NCBI GenBank assembly: GCA_964453895.1
Contig: CAYVRZ010000022.1
Span: forward strand, 3,776-67,775
Reading direction: 5' to 3'
Length of the DNA stretch: 64,000 nucleotides
Origin: an uncultured Pseudobdellovibrionaceae bacterium
GTDB taxonomy: Bacteria; Bdellovibrionota; Bdellovibrionia; Bdellovibrionales; UBA1609
The translations under genes and the position numbers were made by a program. The notes under the pieces are model-generated. The model did not search any database, was not told where the DNA came from, and saw nothing but the letters and a program-made list of their open reading frames with translations. Of the stretch, positions 56,845-64,000 are shown in pieces (position 1 is the stretch's first letter; every line of letters starts with the position of its first letter).

Positions 56845-59046
56845 ATGATGCGCTACATAGTTGCCCTACTTTTAATTTTCCATTTTGGCCTTGGTCTGGT
56901 GTCGTGCACAACCGGCGACGCGGAAGACGATACCTTTGCCGAAGAAAATGAGCCGATTAGTGATGCCGATGTCGCGGGCGATTCCGATGATGGCGGCGGT
57001 GACGAGGGCAGCGGCGACGAGGGCGGTGGCGAAGTTGCCGCCGAGGACGATGAACTTGAGTCTGACGACTTAGAACCCAGTGATGACGAGGGCGGCGAGC
57101 AGGCGAGCACAGGTGAAGCCGACGAAGAGGGTGACGACGCCGAACTCGAAAGCGACCTCGAATCTGAACCCGACAACCAGCAACAGCCGCAAGTGGCTCA
57201 AGAGGAGCCGCCGCCTCCGGTCGACGACCTGCAACCGGCTGAGCCCACCCCTGAGCCGACAGAACCGCCACCTCCGCCTCCACCCGTGGTCGAAGAAAAG
57301 GCCAAGGTTCGTGATATTCGGTTTGTGGCCAACTCTGCGGGTGGAACGGTTGTCATTGAAACAACCAAACCAGTTACCTATCAGTCGCGGTTGAATCCGG
57401 CGACTCAACAATTTGTGATCGAGATCGCCGATGCCGAACTGCCAGCGGCGTTGCAAAGACCTTACCCGACCAAGGGCGCGGGCAGCCGAATCGGCAGCAT
57501 CAATGCCTATCAGGGTGAGGGCAATTCCACGGCCCGAATCGTAATTCAACTCAGCGGCGCACCAGCCGGTGAACCCATCGTTCAGCAAGAAGGAACCTCT
57601 CTGGTCGTGGTGCCTCCGACCCCGGCTCCTGTCGTCAGAGCAGAACCACCGCCTTCGGATGTTGGAAGCCCGGTCGATACGCCCCCTGGCGAAGTGCGAG
57701 CTGCGAAGGAAGCTTTGGGCGCACGGACGCTCGACGAATTCCTAACGGGCAATCAAAAGTTTTATGGCCGACTGATCTCCTTGCAAGTGAAAGACGCCGA
57801 CGTTCGCGACGTGGTCAACTTTCTGGCTGAGGAAAGCGGCGCCAACGTAGTTATGTCGGACGACGTTGACGGAAAAATTTCGCTAAAGCTTCGCCGGGTT
57901 CCGTGGGATCAAGCGCTGGTCACACTGATGCGCACAAAGGGCCTCGGCTACGTTCGCCAAGGCAACGTTCTTCGTATCAGCACGCTCAAATCTCTCCAGG
58001 CGGAAACCGAAGCGGCCAGCAAAATTATCGAAGCGCAAAAGGCCATCGTACCTGCCGTGGTCGAAGTTATCCCGGTGAGCTATGCGGCCATTGACGAGCT
58101 CAAAACAAATTTAGGATCGTTCTTGTCCAAAGACGGCAAGGTCGTGGCCGACAACCGCACCAGCACCATTATCGTGACCGATAAGCAAGAAGTGGTCGAC
58201 CGAGTTCGCAAGCTGATCAAAACTCTCGATATCCCGCCGGCCCAAGTCTCGATCGAAAGCAAGATCGTAGAAGCCGTCGAAAACTTTCAAAACTTTATTG
58301 GTATCAACTGGTCGTTCGGTGGCTCGCCGCTCAACATGAGCCCGGCGGGCGGCGCCAATGGCGCGCCCATCGATTTAACGATGAATATGAGCTCGGCGAC
58401 GATCAGTCGAAATTTCGCGGGCGCAAGTCCTTTTAACGCCAATGTAAACGTTGGCGTGCTCGACTTCTTTGGCGATATTAGCGCTGCTCTAACTTTGGCC
58501 GAGACCGAGTCGCTGGCCAAAGTGATCTCGGCGCCGCGGATCTCGGCGATGAACCGCGAAAAATCGACCATCACGCAAGAAGGCGAAAACGTGGCCATCA
58601 AGTCGACCGTGGCCACTGTTGGCGCGGGCTCAGCGACGACCGCGGCGATTGCGAAAGAAGAAAAGCGGACGCCATTCAAGCTTGAACTCTCGGTCACTCC
58701 GCAAATCACCGCCGACGGCGGCGTGATTATGGATCTTGACGTGAAGCGAGAGTTCCTAGGGCCTGAGATCGACGCCGAGACCAAGTCGCGGGCTGTAAAC
58801 AAGCGCTCTGCTAAGACCAAAGTGTTAGTGAAAAACGGTCAGACCGCCGTCATCGGTGGCATTTATACGAGTGACGAGCTCGAGTTCACTAACGGCGTTC
58901 CCGGACTGCGCAATATTCCCCTCATCGGATGGTTGTTTAAAAACCGGTCCTATGAACGTTCGAAAAACGAATTGCTGATTTTTCTTACGCCGAGAATTTT
59001 GGCGCAAGACGATCTCACTCAAGATGCCAATCAGGCCATCCAGTAG
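56845..59046 (+). CDS. pilQ: Type IV pilus secretin PilQ with an acidic low-complexity N-terminal region
   Basis: Lipoprotein-like GLGLVSC. A roughly 110-aa D/E/G-rich tract. AMIN domain (VRDIRFVANSAGGTVVIETTKP). Secretin blocks VLVKNGQTAVIGGIY and VPGLRNIPLIGWLFK. Confidence 0.9.
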   Translation: MMRYIVALLLIFHFGLGLVSCTTGDAEDDTFAEENEPISDADVAGDSDDGGGDEGSGDEGGGEVAAEDDELESDDLEPSDDEGGEQASTGEADEEGDDAELESDLESEPDNQQQPQVAQEEPPPPVDDLQPAEPTPEPTEPPPPPPPVVEEKAKVRDIRFVANSAGGTVVIETTKPVTYQSRLNPATQQFVIEIADAELPAALQRPYPTKGAGSRIGSINAYQGEGNSTARIVIQLSGAPAGEPIVQQEGTSLVVVPPTPAPVVRAEPPPSDVGSPVDTPPGEVRAAKEALGARTLDEFLTGNQKFYGRLISLQVKDADVRDVVNFLAEESGANVVMSDDVDGKISLKLRRVPWDQALVTLMRTKGLGYVRQGNVLRISTLKSLQAETEAASKIIEAQKAIVPAVVEVIPVSYAAIDELKTNLGSFLSKDGKVVADNRTSTIIVTDKQEVVDRVRKLIKTLDIPPAQVSIESKIVEAVENFQNFIGINWSFGGSPLNMSPAGGANGAPIDLTMNMSSATISRNFAGASPFNANVNVGVLDFFGDISAALTLAETESLAKVISAPRISAMNREKSTITQEGENVAIKSTVATVGAGSATTAAIAKEEKRTPFKLELSVTPQITADGGVIMDLDVKREFLGPEIDAETKSRAVNKRSAKTKVLVKNGQTAVIGGIYTSDELEFTNGVPGLRNIPLIGWLFKNRSYERSKNELLIFLTPRILAQDDLTQDANQAIQ

Positions 59047-59049
59047 CGT

Positions 59050-59628
59050 TTACTGGGTGTAAAAAAAGTGAAACTTTTCAAAGCGGTCGGCGGGTAAATC
59101 GTCGTCGTCGATGAAGTATCCCACTGGCTGTACCTTCACCCGATAGCGATAGCTGGCACCGAGTGGTTTGGGCAGGCTATCGACACGAAATGCGGCCGTG
59201 CGGTTCGGACAGCTCGCGTTGGCGTGAGCTACGGCTATGTAACTTTCTTCGCCCACTTCCCATCGGCCAAAGGTGCCGTAGGTGCATTCAATCGTATCGT
59301 TGGAGTAGTTAAACAGTCCGGGATCGCCGGCATACGTTTTGGTGTTAGTCGAGCCGTTGGAGTCCGTGATTGTGATTTCGCCTACGATCGCTACGACAAC
59401 AAAGGCCTGCTCCGAGCCGTTTTTAATCCGCATAGTAAAATCGAACCAAGGCGCGGTACTTTTTTTGCCATTGCCGTCGGTGACATCGGCGGTGATTACA
59501 ATGGGGATTTCCGGTACGATAAATATTTCGACGTTAGCGGTTTTCGACTTCTGGTTTCCGCATTGGATCAGGCCGGTCGAAGCGACCAGGATTAAAATTG
59601 CAGCTAATATCCCATTATGCGCACGCAC
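59050..59628 (-). CDS. Hypothetical lipoprotein
   Basis: ILAAILILVASTGLIQC is a signal/lipobox-like N-terminus. The rest is beta-rich. I recognise no motif. Confidence 0.5.
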   Translation of the reverse strand: MRAHNGILAAILILVASTGLIQCGNQKSKTANVEIFIVPEIPIVITADVTDGNGKKSTAPWFDFTMRIKNGSEQAFVVVAIVGEITITDSNGSTNTKTYAGDPGLFNYSNDTIECTYGTFGRWEVGEESYIAVAHANASCPNRTAAFRVDSLPKPLGASYRYRVKVQPVGYFIDDDDLPADRFEKFHFFYTQ

Positions 59629-59662
59629 GTTGTAATCCCCTTTTACTCATCTAATTATCGGT

Positions 59663-59678
59663 AGAAACTTAAGTTTCT
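59663..59678. promoter_or_regulatory. Perfect 16-bp palindrome in a divergent promoter region
   Basis: AGAAACTTAAGTTTCT lies between the lipoprotein gene (minus strand) and rarA (plus strand). Confidence 0.3.
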
Positions 59679-59721
59679 TTGAGCCCTGGACTTTAAAAAC
59701 ACTAGGGGCTAAACAGACAAA

Positions 59722-61014
59722 ATGGATCTATTTGAGACAATCCGGCCGGAGCCCACTTCTCTTCCGCTTCCAGAACGGTTGCGCCCATTGCAACTTCAGG
59801 ATTTCGCCGGTCAAAGCCAAGTACTGAAAGTCTTGAAACCGTACCTCGATAGCCCTGAGCGAATTCCCAATTTGATACTTTGGGGGCCGCCGGGCAGCGG
59901 AAAAACCACCTTAGCGCGCCTGATCTCCCGGCATACAAAAGCCGAGTTTGTGAATTTGAACGCCGTTGAGACCGGCGCCAAAGAGATTCGCGAACTGGGT
60001 GAGCGCGCGCACTTTCGCAAGCTTCAGGGCGATCAGACCCTCATTTTTATCGATGAAATTCATCGCTTAAACCGGGCGCAGCAAGATGTGCTTTTGCCAT
60101 TTACCGAAGCCGGCGATTTTATTTTGATCGGCGCCACGACTGAAAACCCAAGCTACGAGCTCAATTCCGCCTTGTTGAGCCGCGCTCGAGTTTTGGTTTT
60201 TAGTCGGCATGGCGATGACGACCTTAAAAAGCTTTTCCAGCGGGGCGTTCGCGAATTGGGCGCCGATCCCGAAAAATTACTCAGTGCGGAGGGCGAAGAA
60301 GCCCTGATCGAACTCGCCGATGGCGACGCCCGAAAACTGCTCACCGCCGCCGAAGCCTTGGTGGTGCACGCCCGCGCCAATCCCGGCCCGCCGCTCGGGC
60401 GCGAAAATATCGCTGAAGTTCTCGGCGCTCCCCATCTTCGCTATGACAAAAAGGCGAGCGAGCACTACGATACAATTTCAGCGTTTATTAAAAGCATTCG
60501 GGGGAGTGATCCCAACGCCGCCGTTTATTATTTGGCCCGCATGTTGGCCGGCGGAGAGGACCCGGTCTTTATCGCCCGCCGCTTGGTGATATTGGCTAGC
60601 GAAGATGTCGGCAACGCCGACCCAAGAGCCTTGTCTCTAGCGGTTTCTGGCCTGCAGGCTGTCGAGTTGGTGGGTATGCCTGAAGCGCGCATTTGTTTGT
60701 CGCAAGTTGTGACCTACTTAAGTTGCGCGCCAAAATCCAACGCCTCTTACGAGGCCATCAATAAAGCGCAAGCATTGGTTGAAAAAACCGGCTCTAAACC
60801 CGTTCCACTCGCACTGCGGTCCTCCAAAACCCGGCTCAACAAAGACATGGGCTACGGCGAAGGTTACAAGTACGCGCACGAAGGCCCGACCGGCTGGCTA
60901 CCCATGGAGTTTCTGCCCGAAGACCTCAAAGATACGAAATTGTATGAGCCTTCTGAACGTGGCTTCGAAAAAACCATGCGGCAATATCTGGATTGGATGA
61001 AAGGCAAGCGCTAG
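59722..61014 (+). CDS. rarA: Replication-associated recombination protein A (AAA+ ATPase)
   Basis: LILWGPPGSGKTTLARLI, FIDEIHRLNRAQQD and the MgsA C-terminal domain (HYDTISAFIKSIRGSDPNAAVYYLARM). Confidence 0.95.
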   Translation: MDLFETIRPEPTSLPLPERLRPLQLQDFAGQSQVLKVLKPYLDSPERIPNLILWGPPGSGKTTLARLISRHTKAEFVNLNAVETGAKEIRELGERAHFRKLQGDQTLIFIDEIHRLNRAQQDVLLPFTEAGDFILIGATTENPSYELNSALLSRARVLVFSRHGDDDLKKLFQRGVRELGADPEKLLSAEGEEALIELADGDARKLLTAAEALVVHARANPGPPLGRENIAEVLGAPHLRYDKKASEHYDTISAFIKSIRGSDPNAAVYYLARMLAGGEDPVFIARRLVILASEDVGNADPRALSLAVSGLQAVELVGMPEARICLSQVVTYLSCAPKSNASYEAINKAQALVEKTGSKPVPLALRSSKTRLNKDMGYGEGYKYAHEGPTGWLPMEFLPEDLKDTKLYEPSERGFEKTMRQYLDWMKGKR

Positions 61015-61316
61015 TCGGCCTTCATCGAGTACAAGCAAACGCACGCCTCTTCGCCATCCGCCAATTTCGAATGGCGTGTGTTCGCGGGGATCAACACACG
61101 GTCGCCCGCGCGCAGAAGCATTTTATTTCCGGCTATATCTAACATCAACTGGCCGCTCACCACGATGCGGACTTCATCAAACGGATGACGGTGGTCGCCT
61201 ACGCCTTGACCAGGTGGAATGGTCTCTTCGACGGGCTCCAGGCCCTCGCTTTCGAGCATTAAAGCCATCTGCTGACGGGTCGGGAGGATAGGGGCTTGCC
61301 AACGGCTGACCAGCAT
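61011..61316 (-). CDS. Cupin-domain protein
   Basis: GVGDHRHPFDEVRIVVSGQL...GDRVLIPANTRH is a cupin two-motif pattern. An alternative upstream start is at 61433. Its stop overlaps the rarA stop within the shared tetranucleotide CTAG. Confidence 0.6.
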   Translation of the reverse strand: MLVSRWQAPILPTRQQMALMLESEGLEPVEETIPPGQGVGDHRHPFDEVRIVVSGQLMLDIAGNKMLLRAGDRVLIPANTRHSKLADGEEACVCLYSMKAD

Positions 61317-61453
61317 TGAATCTCCGGGTGATACGTTAAAGTGTCTCGAACTGATGCCTTTTCGCCACCTGAGTCCGATTGATACAGGACAATACTCTAA
61401 AAAACGCCTGTATTCCTCAAGTCTTCTTTTCACTGGGTCGATGCGATAAATAG

Positions 61454-61969
61454 ATGAGTCAGATGCCTACGGGAAACCAAAAACTTGAGCAAGTGCTGCA
61501 AATCAAAGAATTTGTCGCGAAGAGCTCAGGCCTTCGGTCCAGAATCAGTGAAAATGATTCCATGTCGATCTCGCAGAACGCGGACGGCAAGGCCATCGCA
61601 TTTGCCTTTGGCGACCTCGAAGAAGTGATCCAACGTATGGACTCCGAGGGTCAAATGTTCCTGCAAGTGAACTTCCTCAACGGCAAAAAAATTCTCCTCA
61701 CACAAAATCTGATCGGCTTTAAACCGGCCCCCTCGCGCGGTTTAGATTTGGGCAAACTCCCCAAAGTCGTAACTACGCCCGATCTTCTTTCGGTCGTAGA
61801 GGCCATCGAGGACTCCATCTCCTCGCAGCCCACCCAGCCCGATGAGTTGGATGTTCTTAAAAAGGTGTTCGACTCCGTCCTCCGCGGCGCCGAAGCCGTT
61901 GGCTTCGACACCACCTCCGAACGCATATGGATGCAGGGCCTAGCCCGCAAGTCCAAAGCCTCCGCCTAA
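61454..61969 (+). CDS. Hypothetical protein
   Basis: 171-aa ORF ending in a TAA that overlaps copy 3 of the 28-nt repeat. I recognise no motif. Confidence 0.45.
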   Translation: MSQMPTGNQKLEQVLQIKEFVAKSSGLRSRISENDSMSISQNADGKAIAFAFGDLEEVIQRMDSEGQMFLQVNFLNGKKILLTQNLIGFKPAPSRGLDLGKLPKVVTTPDLLSVVEAIEDSISSQPTQPDELDVLKKVFDSVLRGAEAVGFDTTSERIWMQGLARKSKASA

Positions 61970-61995
61970 AGGTACCTGGTTCTTTTTTCGGAAGC
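61968..61995 (+). repeat. 28-nt stop-codon-associated repeat, copy 3
   Basis: AAAGGTACCTGGTTCTTTTTTCGGAAGC begins inside the TAA at 61967-61969. Confidence 0.85.
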
Positions 61996-62054
61996 GATGC
62001 GCCGAACTGTTCCTTGCCTTTCCCATCATTTTACGCGATTTTGATTCCGCCTGT

Positions 62055-62130
<76 letters not shown>

Positions 62131-62131
62131 G

Positions 62132-62151
62132 TTTCTAAATTTTCTTAGAAA
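62132..62151 (+). terminator. Weak AT-rich hairpin after the tRNA
   Basis: TTTCTAA-ATTTTC-TTAGAAA lies directly 3' of the CCA end. Confidence 0.3.
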
Positions 62152-62308
62152 TTCTGCTTACAGCACTCCAATCGCTCCATGCATCTCGAAATGAGAAGGA
62201 GCGTGATCAAAGAATTTTCGCTGGCTAGGCCATGTACGGGCATAGCTAACCTACGCGCTAGCATCTGGCCGAGCCCTTGCTCCTCTATTCGGTCAGGGGG
62301 CTGAGGCC

Positions 62309-63346
62309 ATGCAAAAAAAATCCGTATTCGCGCTTTGGTGTCTGAATTTGATACTTGTTGGCTGCGGAGGTTTGGACTCGCCGTCGGAAACGAGCTCTTC
62401 ATCCGCAAGCGTGTTGGCCAATGGCCTCACGGTGACGGCAACTTCGAATGAGGTTTCTGCGGGCCAGGCCATAACACTCACCGCCTCTGGCGGCACCGCC
62501 CAAGATTATATTTTTACATTAGTCGGGCAAGGTTCACTCTCCACTCTGAATGAGAGCGCCACCTACACGGCTCCGAGTTCCATTCCGACCGAGTCGAACA
62601 TCGAAATATACGTGGGCAACAGCAATGGGGAGCAAACAAAAATAGCTATTAAGCTCCTGCAAAGCTCCATTCCCGCAGGCAAACAGATTTTTGATTTGGC
62701 CGGTTCGGGATCCTTTACCATTCCCGCCGAGGTTCGCGCGATTCGTGTTGTCGTTGTGGGAGCTGGCGGCGGAGCGGGCGCTCCGGGAGCGCATACCACC
62801 CTTGGAGCCACCACTCTCACGTGGGGTGGCGGCGCAGGCGGCGGTGGCGCGGGCGGAGTGTGTCGCACGCGCGTTGCTGTTACGCCCGGCCAATCTTTGA
62901 GCTTCACGATTGGTCAAGGCGGAATCGGTGCGACCTTTGCCGGCGGCACTTTTACCGGCATAAATGCGAACGGCGGCGCGGGCGGCCCTACGTTGTTCGG
63001 AATGCTTGTAGCGGCCGGTGGAACCGGTGGAGCCGGAGGCACAGGATCCTTTTTGAGTGCCAGTGGCGCGGGTGGTTTAGGTGGCCAAGGGGGCGGTTGC
63101 CCCGGTGCCGGATCTCTCCCTTCGACGGTCGGCCCCAATGGCAGCCCAGGTGCAGCCTCGAGCACAGTCGCGGGCAACCAAATGTACTTTCATGCCGACG
63201 GGGGTGCGGGCGGACTTGGCCACATGCTCGACAGCAAAATTTGCGGGCAGGGTGCAACCGGCGCGGCTAAATCAGCCCCATTTATGACGGTCAGTCCCGC
63301 GGGGCAAGCAGGATGCGTATTGATTGAATGGGGCCCGGGGATTTAA
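62309..63346 (+). CDS. Lipoprotein with an Ig-like N-terminal region and a glycine-rich domain
   Basis: Lipobox LILVGC. FTIPAEVRAIRVVVVGAGGGAGAPG followed by long GGxGG tracts, a pattern seen in 'glycine-rich domain' tail-fibre-like proteins. Confidence 0.6.
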   Translation: MQKKSVFALWCLNLILVGCGGLDSPSETSSSSASVLANGLTVTATSNEVSAGQAITLTASGGTAQDYIFTLVGQGSLSTLNESATYTAPSSIPTESNIEIYVGNSNGEQTKIAIKLLQSSIPAGKQIFDLAGSGSFTIPAEVRAIRVVVVGAGGGAGAPGAHTTLGATTLTWGGGAGGGGAGGVCRTRVAVTPGQSLSFTIGQGGIGATFAGGTFTGINANGGAGGPTLFGMLVAAGGTGGAGGTGSFLSASGAGGLGGQGGGCPGAGSLPSTVGPNGSPGAASSTVAGNQMYFHADGGAGGLGHMLDSKICGQGATGAAKSAPFMTVSPAGQAGCVLIEWGPGI

Positions 63347-63355
63347 TTTTTGAGT

Positions 63356-63934
63356 CTACTTGGCCAGCAGGATTTGCATAGATTTAGCGTCGGCCGTCGC
63401 CACCGGCGCTTGGCCCGACACTGAGCCATCGGCTTTAACCACCACCAAACTTAAAGAATGCATATTGTGAAAGTTCCCGTTGACCGGTTTGTCCTCAAAG
63501 CCGACGCCCAGTGCCCCGGCCAGCCCGCGCGTATCGCGCACGTCGCTCGCCAAAATCTTCCACTGCGAAGAAATTTTCTGCGTTTTTATAAAGTCGCGAA
63601 TGCGATCCTGGCCAGCCGTGCGGTCAGCGGGGTCGATGGTTACGAGTACAAATTGCACATCTTTAGCTGACCCACCCAGTCCGGCTTCGATGGCTTTCAA
63701 ACTTTTGACCGTCATGGGACAGATCGTTTTGCAACTGGTATAAAAGAGAGCAAAAACCGTTTTCTTCCCCCGCAATTGCTCCAGCGTAAATGCCGAACCC
63801 TGTTCATCGACCCAGCGCGAGGGATTGCCGTAAACGTCCGAGCTAATGCCGTGAGCTTCCGGCGTCGCCGTGAGCGAAATCACCCATACTAAAATTTTAG
63901 AGAGCCACCAATAAGAACGCGAGACACATTTCAT
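63356..63934 (-). CDS. SCO1/SenC-family thioredoxin-like copper chaperone
   Basis: FALFYTSCKTICPMT (CxxxC) plus a downstream His (NFHNMHS). ATG 63934 follows GGGGAGGGA. Confidence 0.8.
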   Translation of the reverse strand: MKCVSRSYWWLSKILVWVISLTATPEAHGISSDVYGNPSRWVDEQGSAFTLEQLRGKKTVFALFYTSCKTICPMTVKSLKAIEAGLGGSAKDVQFVLVTIDPADRTAGQDRIRDFIKTQKISSQWKILASDVRDTRGLAGALGVGFEDKPVNGNFHNMHSLSLVVVKADGSVSGQAPVATADAKSMQILLAK

Positions 63935-64000
63935 CGCTGGTTCCCTCCCCAAAAATTGTTTTTTCCGTCCGAGTCGAAGTGTTGAAGTGGCAGGAAATCT

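Noticed and set aside
62534-63270. Several overlapping ORFs on both strands within the glycine-rich lipoprotein gene
   Set aside because: GGN/GCN-rich DNA is open in many frames. Only the plus-strand frame at 62309 has a lipobox signal and a coherent domain pattern.

Overview
The window is a gene-dense chromosomal segment of roughly 55% GC by eye. Gene content resembles Bdellovibrionota or Myxococcota. This lineage guess rests only on gene content.

Most of the window is housekeeping:
- polA, engB-kdsB-pyrG-kdsD and lptC/A-lptB-rpoN ... hpf-metK-lepA.
- Three tandem lepB paralogs, then pyrB-carA-X-carB.
- rarA and one tRNA-Ala(UGC).

Two surface-machinery blocks stand out:
- 22.3-34.4 kb is a complete, single-locus Agl/Glt-type gliding-motility module. 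It has two outer-membrane barrels, TPR proteins, an FHA/TonB-like protein, a TolQ/ExbD/ExbD motor and a convergent GYF-PilZ gene.
- 51.4-59.0 kb is an ABC transporter-pilD-pilMNOPQ type IV pilus block fused onto the carB operon.

The least explained material is non-coding or repeat structure:
- A ~2 kb islet splits rpoN from hpf. It carries a Y1/HUH (RAYT-like) transposase gene containing an in-frame 30-bp tandem array. Next to it are a heptanucleotide microsatellite and a G-quadruplex-type tract.
- A perfect 28-nt element occurs three times, each overlapping a TAA stop codon.
- A 53-bp element brackets a 4.7 kb DUF1538/P-II/HNH segment.
- There are several candidate operators and leader structures.

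I saw no CRISPR array, rRNA or prophage. All calls come from reading motifs in the supplied translations. No database search was possible.
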